Positions 16,148 to 25,822 are shown, counted from the first letter of the stretch. The stretch: DNA of 64,000 nucleotides from Eubacteriales bacterium (GCA_045595165.1 JAZNZY010000019.1:11884-75883); one strand, 5' to 3'. A program made the numbers and translations. Notes: generated by a model not told the origin, from the sequence alone.

Positions 16148-17086
16148 ATGTGGATAGCGATAATATGTATCGGCGTTTTGGCGCTGTGCGTTCTCGCCGG
16201 CTGTTATTGGATATATACGGTGGCGTTTATGTCCCACCCGAAACACCGTAACGATCCCTATTATCTCCCCTCGGGTTTCGACCCGGGCACGGATAAGGAA
16301 ACCTTCAACAAATGGGTAAAAGCGGTGGACGATATTCCCTATGAGCCCGTATACATCACCTCTCGGGACGGACTTAAATTAAAGGGAAGATATTACCACA
16401 CCGCAGATAACGCACCTGTGGCAGTATGTATGCACGGCTACCGTTCCCATCCTATGAAGGATTTTTGCGGCGGCGGAAAGCTGCTTCCCGCTTTGGGATA
16501 TAACCTCATTATCGCAGAACAGCGGGGCCACGCGGAAAGCGGCGGAAACGTAATAACCTTCGGCGTGCGCGAGAGGTTCGATTGCATAGATTGGGTAAAT
16601 TATGCGGTTGACCGTTTCGGTAAAGATACAAAGGTGTTCCTTTACGGCTTGTCTATGGGTGCTGCAACTGTGCTTCTCGCCTGCGGGGAAAATGAACTGC
16701 CCCAAAACGTTACCTGCTGTATCGCGGATTGTCCTTATTCATCTCCCAAAGCCATAATCCAAAAGGTAAGCGGAGATATGGGCTTTCCCCAAAAAGCGGT
16801 TTATCCTTTCGTGGCGTTAAGCGCCGTTGTTTTCGGAAAATTCCGTATCGGCAACGTTTCCTGCGTGGAAGCGGCGAAGAATTCTCCCGTTCCCATACTT
16901 CTTATCCACGGCGAAGCGGATACCTTTGTCCCCGAATATATGAGCAGGGAAATAGCCGCCGAATCTCCTATGGTGGATTACCATTCCTTCCCCAACGCCA
17001 CCCACGCCATAAGCTATATGGCGGATAAGGAAAGATACATAAAACTTGTAACAGAATTTCTGCAAAAAAATGCGGGCATCGATTGA
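16148..17086 (+). CDS. Membrane-anchored alpha/beta hydrolase (S9/BAAT-like serine hydrolase)
   Basis: N-terminal TM span, nucleophile elbow 'GLSMGA', and late 'HGEADTFVP' and 'ATHA' blocks. Start set at ATG 16148 after AAGGAG. Confidence 0.75.
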   Translation: MWIAIICIGVLALCVLAGCYWIYTVAFMSHPKHRNDPYYLPSGFDPGTDKETFNKWVKAVDDIPYEPVYITSRDGLKLKGRYYHTADNAPVAVCMHGYRSHPMKDFCGGGKLLPALGYNLIIAEQRGHAESGGNVITFGVRERFDCIDWVNYAVDRFGKDTKVFLYGLSMGAATVLLACGENELPQNVTCCIADCPYSSPKAIIQKVSGDMGFPQKAVYPFVALSAVVFGKFRIGNVSCVEAAKNSPVPILLIHGEADTFVPEYMSREIAAESPMVDYHSFPNATHAISYMADKERYIKLVTEFLQKNAGID

Positions 17087-17101
17087 TGCCCGTGTTGTTA
17101 T

Positions 17102-17138
17102 CGGGGTCCCCGAGAAGCCGTTAGGCTTCTTGGGGTGA
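17102..17138. repeat. REP-like palindromic element (inverted orientation on + strand)
   Basis: CGGGGTCCCCGAGAAGCC-GTTA-GGCTTCTTGGGGTG, lying between the convergent hydrolase and trxB genes. Confidence 0.7.
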
Positions 17139-17141
17139 TTA

Positions 17142-18050
17142 TTATTTATTCTTTCTCTTTTTTATAATATACGCGGCTGCGGCGGTGGCTGCGGTGGCAC
17201 CGTCGGAAGCGGCGGTAACTATCTGGCGCAGGGGTTTGGTGCGTGTATCGCCTGCCGCCCAGACGCCTCTCGTATCCGTGGAGCAATCCTCGGAAGCGAT
17301 GATATATCCGCTGTCGTCAACCACTACTACCTTTGCGAAAATAGCGTTATCTCTGGTCTGTCCCAAAGCGGTAAAGACTGCCGCCGCGGGGAGATCGATC
17401 GTTTGCTCTTTATCGGAAATTTTGAGTCCCGTAACGCGGGTTTCTCCGTATATCTCCGTGGGATAAAATCCCTCATAAATTCTTATGTTTTCTTTTGATT
17501 TCACAGTATTTACCGTTTCCTCGGAAGCGGTAATTTTCTTTGCGCACAAATGTACTTCGGTGCAAAGCGCAGAGAGGTACAGAGCGTCCTCAAAGGCATT
17601 GTCGCCACCGCCCACAACCGCTACGGGCTGACCCTTGTAAAGCTGACCGTCGCAGGTGGCGCAATAAGACACACCCAGTCCCTCGTAACGGTCGCTTCCT
17701 TTGCATCCGATTCTAAGACGCTTTGAGCCGTTGGCGATTATCACCGCCGCACATTCGGTCTGACCGTTATCTGTTTTAACAACAAAATGACCGTCCTCTT
17801 CGTAAACGTCCAGTACGCCTTCGTATAAAAATTCCGCACCGCACGCTTCGGCTTGAAGGTACATATTACGGGCAAGCTCCCAACCCTCCACCGATTTATA
17901 GGACGGATAATTCTTTATCACTTCCGTGTTTACAAGCTGACCGCCGTACATACCGCCTTCGCACACCAGCACGTCTATTCCCGCGCGGCGGGCATATAAA
18001 GCGGCGGTAAGACCTGCAGGTCCTGCGCCTATAATTACAAGCTCTCTCAT
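17142..18050 (-). CDS. trxB: Thioredoxin-disulfide reductase
   Basis: FAD motif 'IIGAGPAGLTAALYA', redox-active 'CATCDG', NADPH motif 'VVGGGDNAFEDALYL'. Confidence 0.9.
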   Translation of the reverse strand: MRELVIIGAGPAGLTAALYARRAGIDVLVCEGGMYGGQLVNTEVIKNYPSYKSVEGWELARNMYLQAEACGAEFLYEGVLDVYEEDGHFVVKTDNGQTECAAVIIANGSKRLRIGCKGSDRYEGLGVSYCATCDGQLYKGQPVAVVGGGDNAFEDALYLSALCTEVHLCAKKITASEETVNTVKSKENIRIYEGFYPTEIYGETRVTGLKISDKEQTIDLPAAAVFTALGQTRDNAIFAKVVVVDDSGYIIASEDCSTDTRGVWAAGDTRTKPLRQIVTAASDGATAATAAAAYIIKKRKNK

Positions 18051-18054
18051 AGTT

Positions 18055-18588
18055 TCACCTTGATCTTTGCAATATACTTTTAATCTTTCTTCCGCACAAA
18101 ACTCCTGCGGCTATCTTGATTATATCAGGTATTATAAACGGAAAAACACATACTGTCAACCCCTGCATAAAATCGGCGCCGGTGGTTATAAAATACCACG
18201 CACAGCCGCATATGTAGCAGGACACAAGACCAAGTAAGGAGAACAGGAAATCATAGCGCGCCTTATTGCGTTTCCTTGCGCCTATTCCGGTTATCAACGC
18301 AAAGGGGATGTATCCGAAAATAAACCCTCCCGTCGCTCCCGCAAGGACACCGATACCGCCTGCAAAGCCTGCAAAAACGGGAAGCCCCGCCGCACCGATA
18401 AGGATATACAACACGGTGGAGAGGGGCGCTTTTTCTTCTGTTATTATGCTTATGCAACAGACCGCAAAAACGGACAACGTAAAGGGAACTGCCCCGAGGG
18501 GCAGGGTTATGGGCGATATAACGCACAGTAAAGCGGCAAATACCGCCGTCAGGACCACACCCGTAAGACGCTTTTTCTTTGCGCTCAT
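18055..18588 (-). CDS. bioY: Biotin transporter BioY (ECF S-component)
   Basis: 177 aa, six TM spans. 'PFTLSVFAV...GAAGLPVFAGFAGGIGVLAGATGGFIFGYIP' is the typical BioY core. Confidence 0.85.
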   Translation of the reverse strand: MSAKKKRLTGVVLTAVFAALLCVISPITLPLGAVPFTLSVFAVCCISIITEEKAPLSTVLYILIGAAGLPVFAGFAGGIGVLAGATGGFIFGYIPFALITGIGARKRNKARYDFLFSLLGLVSCYICGCAWYFITTGADFMQGLTVCVFPFIIPDIIKIAAGVLCGRKIKSILQRSR

Positions 18589-19157
18589 TCTATATCAAAC
18601 TCTCTGTCAATACAAAGACGGACCATATCTATATTTTCCTCGGTATAATGCAGGGAATCCGCTGTCATCATTTCGGCGGCGCCGAGGATAAGTGCGCGTA
18701 CGATAAAGGTTTTGCGCTTCTTTGCGTTTTCGCTCATTTCCACTTCGTCGCAGTAGCGGTCGATAACCGTCTTTACCTCCTTGGAGATGAGAGATTTCTC
18801 TCTTACCTGCTGAGGACTAAGAAACTTTTCGTTCATTACCGCAACGGAAAAATATCCCGGGTTTTCGCACAAAAAGCGTATGTACTCCACGGAAATATCC
18901 ACGATCTTTTCTCTTGTGGTACCCGTGTGTCCGTCAAGCAACGCCAGTACGCGGTTTCTCCATCTCTCCGCCACCGCCCGTATCACTTCTTCGATCAGCT
19001 CGTTTTTGCTTTTGAAGTGGCGATAAGGTGCGGCGCAGGACAGCCCGCAGGATTTTGCTACGTTGCGTATGGAAAAGCCCGCCGTTCCGTAAAGATACAG
19101 TTCTTCCAGAGCCGCGTCTATAAATTTTTCTTTTGTTTCCGGCAGTGCTTTTCTCAT
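18585..19157 (-). CDS. TetR/AcrR-family transcriptional regulator
   Basis: N-terminal HTH 'FSIRNVAKSCGLSCAAPYRHFKSKNELI'. Confidence 0.85.
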   Translation of the reverse strand: MRKALPETKEKFIDAALEELYLYGTAGFSIRNVAKSCGLSCAAPYRHFKSKNELIEEVIRAVAERWRNRVLALLDGHTGTTREKIVDISVEYIRFLCENPGYFSVAVMNEKFLSPQQVREKSLISKEVKTVIDRYCDEVEMSENAKKRKTFIVRALILGAAEMMTADSLHYTEENIDMVRLCIDREFDIE

Positions 19158-19166
19158 ACTCGCTCC

Positions 19167-20837
19167 TTAATTTTCGCTTCTGTTTTCGGGTTCGTTTCTC
19201 TTTATTTTACTTGTAGTGGTTTTTACAAATTCGTTTTCTCTTATAATTACTTTGCCGATATATTTGTAAGAAGGGAACAGCTTGTTGACTTCGGATACCA
19301 GCTCGGTTATGATCTCCTTTGCGGTCAAGCCCCGCTTTTCCATTTCTGCGTTGAGCAGCTCCGTATCGGGGTATACCGATACCGCCAGAACGGGCTTTCC
19401 GTCCTTTTCGGTAAGGAATACCATGCTGTCCTTTACGAAGGGGGAACGGTCAATAAACATTTCCTGCTCTTCGGGGAACACTTTTTTACCGTTGGGAAGC
19501 ACGATCATGCTCTTTATTCTGCCGGTAATGGAATAAGAGCCGTTGGCATTCTTTTTAACAAGGTCGCCGGTGGAGAACCAGCCGTCGTTAAGGACCTTCG
19601 CTGTTTCCTCGGGATTTTTGTAATATCCCAGCATCACGTTGGCGCCTTTTACCTGCAATTCGCCGATACCTTCTTCGTTTGCATCGCAAATGCGGCACTG
19701 TACGCCGATAACGGGCATGCCGGTATCGCCCACAGCACGGTAATTATCGTTTTGCATGATACAAACGGGCGCGGTTTCTGTAAGACCGTAGCCTATATAC
19801 ACTTTACAGCCGAACAGCTCGTAATCCTCGTGAATATTGGGAAGCATAGCTGCGGCGCCTACTACAAGACGTTCAACTCTTCCGCCCAAAGCTTCGTGTA
19901 TGGAGGAGAACAGCTTTCTTCTTGCGGACATGGAAAGTCCTTTTGCCATAACCTTCTGGGCGCTGAGCAGGGTTTTTCCGCCCTTCATCTTGTTGTAATT
20001 CGCCATAATGCTTCTGTGGAGAGTTTCAAGCACCAAAGGCACGCAGGCGATCACGGTGGGAGAGAACAGCTTAAGCTCTGCTTTCAGCTTGGAGATAGCG
20101 CTGTTGAACGCAATGCTTGCACCGGAATAGAAGAGTGCCTGGTCAACGGTACATTCAAAGGTGTGGTGGAGAGGAAGCATAGAGAGCGCTCTGTCTTCGG
20201 GAGAAACAGAGAAACGCTTGCGTATCTGCACGATGTTGGAGCAGATGTTTCGCTGGGAAAGCATAACTCCTTTGGAAACTCCGGTGGTACCGGATGTATA
20301 CAGCAAAATGCCCATTTCATAGGGATTTATATAGTGGTCGCGGTAAGATGTATCGCCGTTAAGCAAAAGCTTGTTGCCTTCGTTGATATATTCGGGAATA
20401 TTGTCCATAGATATAATAATTCCCTCGTATCCGCTGGCTTTAACCTTGTTCAAGGTTTCGGGAGAGCAGATTATCGCCTTGGATTCGGAATGCTCCAGAA
20501 GATACGCAACCTCGTCGCCGCGCAGGTCCTTGTCTATAGGAACGATAATTCCCGTACCGCAGCAGACCGAAAGGTAGGTGAGTATCCAAAAATATGAGTT
20601 CTTGCCGGTTACTGCGATCTTCTGATTTTCAAGCCCCAGGGAATTCAGATATGTGGAAAATGCTTTTATATCTTTTCCCGTCTGCTCGTAAGTAACCTCG
20701 GTTACGTTAGCCCCGCTTTTATATAAAAAAGCCACGTTTTTTGCGTATAATTCGCAGCTTGTTTCCACAAGCTCTCTTGTGCTTGCTACATCTCTTACGT
20801 TATATACGTACTTTTCAGCATCAAATTTTTTAGCCAA
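19167..20837 (-). CDS. AMP-dependent long-chain acyl-CoA synthetase/ligase
   Basis: AMP-binding motif 'LLYTSGTTGVSKGVMLSQRN', 'GYGLTE', 'WFSTGDL'. Confidence 0.85.
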   Translation of the reverse strand: MAKKFDAEKYVYNVRDVASTRELVETSCELYAKNVAFLYKSGANVTEVTYEQTGKDIKAFSTYLNSLGLENQKIAVTGKNSYFWILTYLSVCCGTGIIVPIDKDLRGDEVAYLLEHSESKAIICSPETLNKVKASGYEGIIISMDNIPEYINEGNKLLLNGDTSYRDHYINPYEMGILLYTSGTTGVSKGVMLSQRNICSNIVQIRKRFSVSPEDRALSMLPLHHTFECTVDQALFYSGASIAFNSAISKLKAELKLFSPTVIACVPLVLETLHRSIMANYNKMKGGKTLLSAQKVMAKGLSMSARRKLFSSIHEALGGRVERLVVGAAAMLPNIHEDYELFGCKVYIGYGLTETAPVCIMQNDNYRAVGDTGMPVIGVQCRICDANEEGIGELQVKGANVMLGYYKNPEETAKVLNDGWFSTGDLVKKNANGSYSITGRIKSMIVLPNGKKVFPEEQEMFIDRSPFVKDSMVFLTEKDGKPVLAVSVYPDTELLNAEMEKRGLTAKEIITELVSEVNKLFPSYKYIGKVIIRENEFVKTTTSKIKRNEPENRSEN

Positions 20838-20912
20838 TTTAATTTGCCTCCGTTAGTGTAATATGTGGTCTTTAAGTTAACATTGTTCACTTTTACCGCA
20901 ATACTATACCAC

Positions 20913-20941
20913 GGATTTGTTGCTTTGTCAACATCTTCTTG
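20913..20941 (-). promoter_or_regulatory. Near-consensus sigma-A promoter for the acyl-CoA synthetase/TetR/bioY/trxB strand
   Basis: On the minus strand: TTGACA (20941-20936), 17-nt spacer, TATAGT (20918-20913). Confidence 0.6.
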
Positions 20942-21023
20942 CGAAAGGCAAAAAATAATTATGTGTTAACTTAAACATATTACCATATTCGTCATGTTTT
21001 GTCTATAGTATTTCCCGTTGTGG

Positions 21024-21052
21024 TAAAAATAAAGCCCCCAAAAAAGGGGGAC
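21024..21052 (-). terminator. Probable intrinsic terminator after the lipoprotein gene
   Basis: Minus strand reads CCCCC-TTTTTT-GGGGG followed by CTTTATTTTT. Confidence 0.5.
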
Positions 21053-21058
21053 GTTATT

Positions 21059-21622
21059 TTACTGCGATACTTCGTCGGTGTTTAATTCCACAACCAAGGT
21101 ATCCAATATTTCAAAAATTTCTTCTTCGTATTCGGCGGACCACTGAATTGCGTTGCATTCCATATAAAACTTTCTACTATAACCATTCAGGGTTATATAG
21201 TCCCAGGCGGCATGGCTTTCATAATAAGTGCTCACTATGGCATCATATCCTGCTACAGTGCATTCTTCTGAAAATAAGCCCGTACCGCAAAGTCCCGGCA
21301 TAGCATGTAATTGGATGATTACTCCTCCCTTTTCCCCTTCGGGATTAAAGGAGATGCTGCCGTGTTGCCCATCATCTCCCGCTTCCGTTACGGTATATTC
21401 CCAGCCGTCAAACCGTTTTATCGTAACCGTTATTTCGGAATTGGAGCAGGATACCGTATCACTTTCAGCGGGTGCACTTTCCTCGGGGACGCTTTCCTCC
21501 GTTTGTACGGATACTTCTTTGGATTCCTCGGCGGGAGCGGAGCTTTGGCTTTCAGGTGCTTTTTCACAACCCCACACAAGGCAGATACAAAACATAAGCA
21601 TTAAACATAAGTGTTTTTTCAT
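21059..21622 (-). CDS. Hypothetical lipoprotein with acidic S/E/P linker
   Basis: Start set at ATG 21622 (MKKHLCLMLMFCICLVWGC..., lipobox VWGC) with an AAAGGATGG RBS. No recognisable family. Confidence 0.5.
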   Translation of the reverse strand: MKKHLCLMLMFCICLVWGCEKAPESQSSAPAEESKEVSVQTEESVPEESAPAESDTVSCSNSEITVTIKRFDGWEYTVTEAGDDGQHGSISFNPEGEKGGVIIQLHAMPGLCGTGLFSEECTVAGYDAIVSTYYESHAAWDYITLNGYSRKFYMECNAIQWSAEYEEEIFEILDTLVVELNTDEVSQ

Positions 21623-21689
21623 ATTCTCAACCATCCTTTCGTATATAATACTTTTCAAAACCGGAAAATGTTACATCGCTTTTAAAAAA

Positions 21690-23243
21690 TCAATAAGGCT
21701 GTGTGTTATAGTCCAGCAGAGCAGGGTAGGAATCTTCTATAAAATCGAATTCCACGGTTTTTCCGTCAATATTCCATACCGACGGAGTGTTGTTATAGGT
21801 CCAATCCAAAGGCTCGGCGCTGTTTTGCTGAACCGAATTCACCTTGAATGCCTGCACAAGGTCTTTTTTCATTTCTTCTGTTAAGGCGCTCGGCTGTATG
21901 GAAACGAACAGAGGCGTTCCGCTGTATGCCAGCAGGTAAAGCCACTTTTTGTTTAATGACCAAGGGATGTTTTCTTCCAGTATTCCCACACAGTCCGCAT
22001 CGGCGGAATAAAAGGTGTTGTTCTGGCACATTCTGAACGCCAGCGAGTTTATGCCCAGCGTTCTCGTTCTTGACCAATGTCTGCCGCTGGTATCGTCGCC
22101 TATACGGTTGAGCGCGTGTATTCCCGCGCAAAGATGGGATACGGTATTGCATCCGATCACCACGGCATCCCCCGCCTCTCTTTGTATAAGCAGGTAAAGG
22201 TCTTTTACTATCTCTGCGTTGGTTTTTGTATCGTCGTAAAAGCTCCAATCCCCATCGGAGGTAATCATTCCGTTAAGAGAAAATCCGTATCTGCCGAACA
22301 GATCGAAGGTGGAATAATCGTGCTTTATAAGGGTGTATCCCCAGCTTCGTATTCGGCGAACCGTATCTGCCAGATATTTTTTTACTTCGGGATGGGTGGG
22401 ATCGAGAAAGCGGTTTTCCCATCTGTCTATACATCTTTCGGGATGGTCGGCTTCTTCCTTTATGTCGTGAAGCGGTCTGAACCATATTCCCGCTTTTACG
22501 TCCATTTTCTTGAAGGCATCGGCAATTTCGCCCATATCCCCGTATTTTTCATTGGGGTACCATGGGCCTGCGCAGGAGTTTTGGGACCAGCCGTCGTCAA
22601 TTACCATGTATGGGCGGTTTTGTAACCCCTGTGTAAGGGACGCGATAACTTCGCAGTCCTTTATAATATCTTCTTTGCTGCTTACCCCGTAAGCGTAATA
22701 CCAGTTGTTGCTTCCGTATACCGGTTCTGCAGGCAGAACGGGATTTTCGCACATAAGCGCGCAAAAGCTTTTCGCTGCCTCAAAGGGGGAAACACCTGCG
22801 TATTCGCGGCATACAATTTCGCAAGCTTTAAGCCTTCTTCCGTTTAAGCGCACGCCTTTTCCGCCGTTGCGCAGGTCGATATGGCAGGTAACGCCTTGGG
22901 CATCGTATTGAAAGCATACGAAAGAGTTCGCTCCCGTTTTTACACCGCAACCCGCGGTGCGTTCTCCGCTGTTGGCAATAAAATACCAAGGCATAAAGAC
23001 TTCGCCGTTAAGGGATGCCCAGCACATATCTCCGTAAGCGCGTTCCCATTTATCGCCCATTACACGGGTGTTTTCTCGTGTGGGATAGTTCCAGCGGAGC
23101 AGGACGCGTTTTATCTTTGCAGTGTCCGCGGCAATATATACTGCAAGAGCACCGTTTTCCAAAACGGTTTCCAAAACAGCATCGGTATTTTCTCCTTCGC
23201 AGTATATTTTTATATCATCGGGTATACGAAGTATATTTATCAT
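21690..23243 (-). CDS. Alpha-galactosidase-like glycoside hydrolase (clan GH-D; GH27/GH36-type motifs)
   Basis: 'VIDDGWSQ', 'YTLIKHDYS' (K-x-D nucleophile block) and 'LNRIGDDTSGRHW' (R-I-x-D-D acid/base block) resemble melibiase-type TIM barrels. No signal peptide. Confidence 0.6.
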   Translation of the reverse strand: MINILRIPDDIKIYCEGENTDAVLETVLENGALAVYIAADTAKIKRVLLRWNYPTRENTRVMGDKWERAYGDMCWASLNGEVFMPWYFIANSGERTAGCGVKTGANSFVCFQYDAQGVTCHIDLRNGGKGVRLNGRRLKACEIVCREYAGVSPFEAAKSFCALMCENPVLPAEPVYGSNNWYYAYGVSSKEDIIKDCEVIASLTQGLQNRPYMVIDDGWSQNSCAGPWYPNEKYGDMGEIADAFKKMDVKAGIWFRPLHDIKEEADHPERCIDRWENRFLDPTHPEVKKYLADTVRRIRSWGYTLIKHDYSTFDLFGRYGFSLNGMITSDGDWSFYDDTKTNAEIVKDLYLLIQREAGDAVVIGCNTVSHLCAGIHALNRIGDDTSGRHWSRTRTLGINSLAFRMCQNNTFYSADADCVGILEENIPWSLNKKWLYLLAYSGTPLFVSIQPSALTEEMKKDLVQAFKVNSVQQNSAEPLDWTYNNTPSVWNIDGKTVEFDFIEDSYPALLDYNTQPY

Positions 23244-23260
23244 ATTTCAAAACCTTTCTG

Positions 23261-24487
23261 TCAGTAGAAATAAACTATAAAAAAGGTGTTTTTGTTGGTA
23301 TGGAATGCCCAAATGTAATAATTGCCTTCGGAGTCGGTTTTCAGCAGGTCTTCGTAAAGTATATCGCTCAGAGCGCTCCAATCCACCGCTTGGTTCAAAA
23401 GCATAGTGTGAAATTCGGTTTCACCCGAAAGCATGCCGTTTATAATATCCGCCGACATTTCTTCCAGAGATTCATAGGCTTCTCCCTCGGTATAGTAATA
23501 ATTCTTGTTGCTGTTCTCGGAAATGGGATTATATTCCCACAGTTCAAGCCAATCGTATTCATCACACATATCCGCCCCTGCGTTGAAAAGGCGGTAATTG
23601 GTCTTGTACTCGCTTCCGTAAGAGGCATCGTCAAAGGTAACGTCAACAACATACCATTCGTTATCAAGACAAATGGTGTTGATCATATGCCCTTCTCCGT
23701 TAAAGTCGGTAACACACATTCTGCCAACCTTAAACCCTGCAATAGTCGCCAGCAGGTAAAAAGAATCGGTATATCCCTGGCAGTTGGCGTATTTATCCAA
23801 CAGCCCGCCCACGGCTGTAAGGTGTCTTGGCGGATCGGAAGGATCGGGCACATCAACGGAGGGGTTGTAATAGGTTATGGTTTCGGCAAGATAATCGTGA
23901 AGATATATTTCCAGCTCGTAATCCCCGTTGGTCTCCGCTTTCGCGGCTTCCACAATTTTTACAGCCTCGTTTAACACCTGTTTTTCATCGTCGTTTAGGG
24001 ATGACGTGTCTTCGCAGAAATATGCATCCGCTATCCGATCTCCGGGAAATTCGGTTATCTCAAGGGTATAATGATTTTCCGTGTATTCGTATTTTATGTA
24101 TAATGCGGCAAGCATACGGGCGATAAGCTGCGCGTCGAATTCCTCGTCGCCCAGATATTCAAAGCGTATCTCCAGCTCATCCCGTTCTTTTTTTTCGTTA
24201 AGATAATCTCTTAATTCAACAAGACTGTATATTGTTCTCTCTTCCTTCGGTGCCTCGTCTTCCTCGGACATCTCTTCTGCGGATATTTCGTCTTTTTCGG
24301 GAACGGATATATCATCTTCGTTTATTGTGGGAAAGCTTTCTTCAATGCCCAAATCATCGCTGTTTTCCGATGTAATGCCCGCATCTGAAGAAGACGCTTC
24401 GGGAAGGGGGAACGGAAAAAAACAAGATGAAGTAAGCAAAGCGGTTATAACGATAAAAGCGGTGATGATTACTATGCGTTTTTTCAT
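23261..24487 (-). CDS. Lipoprotein with acidic linker and transglutaminase-like core
   Basis: Lipobox 'LLTSSC'. Cys-His-Asp core 'ANCQGYTDSF...GEGHMINT...YVVDVTFDD'. Same overall design as the 7671-9014 protein. Confidence 0.7.
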   Translation of the reverse strand: MKKRIVIITAFIVITALLTSSCFFPFPLPEASSSDAGITSENSDDLGIEESFPTINEDDISVPEKDEISAEEMSEEDEAPKEERTIYSLVELRDYLNEKKERDELEIRFEYLGDEEFDAQLIARMLAALYIKYEYTENHYTLEITEFPGDRIADAYFCEDTSSLNDDEKQVLNEAVKIVEAAKAETNGDYELEIYLHDYLAETITYYNPSVDVPDPSDPPRHLTAVGGLLDKYANCQGYTDSFYLLATIAGFKVGRMCVTDFNGEGHMINTICLDNEWYVVDVTFDDASYGSEYKTNYRLFNAGADMCDEYDWLELWEYNPISENSNKNYYYTEGEAYESLEEMSADIINGMLSGETEFHTMLLNQAVDWSALSDILYEDLLKTDSEGNYYIWAFHTNKNTFFIVYFY

Positions 24488-24611
24488 AATTTTCTCCCTC
24501 CGTTTTTTATTGGCGCCGTACTCTTATCAGAACATTATACAGCAATTATTTGCCCGTGTCAATAAAGCAAATATTCTCTGTGCATCAGCTTTTGCTGAAG
24601 CTCACAACGCA

Positions 24612-24640
24612 TTGACAGCATGGGAAAAATAAAGTATAAT
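24612..24640 (+). promoter_or_regulatory. Consensus sigma-A promoter for tag
   Basis: TTGACA (24612-24617), 17-nt spacer, TATAAT (24635-24640). Confidence 0.65.
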
Positions 24641-24719
24641 TCAAAAAACGGAGAAGCTTTTTGCAACTGTGAAATCGTTGCGTTGATTTTTTTACTGTAT
24701 CTTTTTTGGAGGAAGCGTT

Positions 24720-25274
24720 ATGGCAGATATCAAGAGATGCTCGTGGTGCAATTTGAAAAATCCTTTGTACGTGGAATACCACGATACCGAGTGGTGCGTG
24801 CCGAATTTTGATGAAAAGCATTTATACGAAATGCTCATTCTGGAATCCTTTCAGGCGGGTCTTTCCTGGGAGTGTGTTTTGAACAAACGGGAAGCGTTCA
24901 GAAATGCCTACGATAATTTCGATATCGCTTCCGTCGCTTCTTATGATGACGACAAGATAAACGAGCTGATGCAAAACAAGGGTATCATAAGAAACAGACT
25001 TAAAATATCCGCCAGCATTCAGAACAGTAAGGTTTTTGAGAAAATATCAGATGAATACGGCTCTTTTTACGCATATTTGTTAACCTTTACAAAGGGTGCT
25101 ACCCTTTACGAAACGGATAAAACCACAAACCTTTTATCGGATGCCATCTCAAAGGATCTGCAAAAAAGGGGAATGAAATTCGTAGGCTCGGTCATCATCT
25201 ATTCCTACCTGCAAGCCATAGGAATTATACATTCCCACGATACGGATTGTTACCTGCACAAAAACAGCGAATAA
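24720..25274 (+). CDS. tag: DNA-3-methyladenine glycosylase I
   Basis: 'RCSWC...NPLYVEYHDTEWCVP..DEKHLYEMLILESFQAGLSWECVLNKREAFR' is the canonical Tag sequence, including the zinc-binding Cys/His residues. Confidence 0.9.
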   Translation: MADIKRCSWCNLKNPLYVEYHDTEWCVPNFDEKHLYEMLILESFQAGLSWECVLNKREAFRNAYDNFDIASVASYDDDKINELMQNKGIIRNRLKISASIQNSKVFEKISDEYGSFYAYLLTFTKGATLYETDKTTNLLSDAISKDLQKRGMKFVGSVIIYSYLQAIGIIHSHDTDCYLHKNSE

Positions 25275-25283
25275 GAAAAATCC

Positions 25284-25318
25284 ATCCCAAGAAACAAAGC
25301 GTTTTCTCGGGGACACCG
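25284..25318. repeat. Degenerate REP-like element
   Basis: ATCCCAAGAAAC-AAAGC-GTTTTCTCGGGGACACCG shares both arms and the CTCGGGGAC tail with the consensus. Confidence 0.4.
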
Positions 25319-25325
25319 ATAAGTA

Positions 25326-25368
25326 AAGCAGATGAACGAAAAAATCCATCTGCTTTTGTTTTTTTTGG
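25326..25368 (+). terminator. Rho-independent terminator after tag
   Basis: Stem AAGCAGATG / CATCTGCTT followed by TTTTGTTTTTTTT. Confidence 0.7.
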
Positions 25369-25381
25369 ATATTAAATTTCC

Positions 25382-25410
25382 TTGACAAATTTCCGTGTAT
25401 TTGTTAGAAT
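25382..25410 (+). promoter_or_regulatory. Sigma-A type promoter driving the structured RNA
   Basis: TTGACA (25382-25387), 17-nt spacer, TAGAAT (25405-25410). Confidence 0.55.
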
Positions 25411-25416
25411 TGCCTT

Positions 25417-25583
25417 GCGACGCAACCGAATATACACCGCTATGAATTACGTAAGTGTGAGTTTTTATTTTTTGATAAAAACGCATGCTCTTTTCGGCAT
25501 ACTTACGTAAGGTAGCGGATTTGCGTCGCGGCAAATTGGGCAGTGCGGTTTTTTGTGCGTTGCTGTTTGCAACGCATTTTTTT
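25417..25583 (+). ncRNA. Candidate structured small RNA or leader, unknown class
   Basis: Bounded by the promoter above and a clean terminator (stem 25556-25563 / 25569-25576, then T7). Nested helices: GCGACGCAA (25418-26) / TTGCGTCGC (25521-29); CCGCTA (25437-42) / TAGCGG (25513-18); TTACGTAAGT (25447-56) / ACTTACGTAA (25501-10); apical GTTTTTAT (25461-68) / ATAAAAAC (25475-82). No convincing ORF inside. Confidence 0.35.
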
Positions 25584-25727
25584 ATGAAAGCGGAAGATGT
25601 TGTTTTTTCAACCGTCAATTTGCAATGAAAAAGTGTAAAAAACAAGCGGAATTTTGTTGTATTTTTTCCGTCGCATTATATAATGTAATTTTTTCCAAGG
25701 TTTTTTGTTCCAATTTTGTCGAAACTA

Positions 25728-25756
25728 TTGACTTGGCGTTGCTTTTTTGCTATATT
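25728..25756 (+). promoter_or_regulatory. Sigma-A type promoter for the large surface locus
   Basis: TTGACT (25728-25733), 17-nt spacer, TATATT (25751-25756), about 135 nt upstream of the 2053-aa ORF. Confidence 0.5.
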
Positions 25757-25788
25757 AGGTATGCGTATATTTGTGCCATCGTATTGCC

Positions 25789-25822
25789 CCTGTTTTGTGT
25801 CTATCCTGTAATACAAAACAGG
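25789..25822 (+). other. 5'-UTR stem-loop (10-bp perfect stem, no U-tract)
   Basis: CCTGTTTTGT (25789-98) / ACAAAACAGG (25813-22) with a 14-nt loop. It lies in the leader of the giant gene and is a possible mRNA stabiliser or regulatory hairpin. Confidence 0.5.

Noticed and set aside
18579-20597. 672-aa + strand ORF
   Set aside because: It is antisense to, and in register with, the well-supported acyl-CoA synthetase gene and runs across the TetR gene. Its sequence is low-complexity with no motifs.
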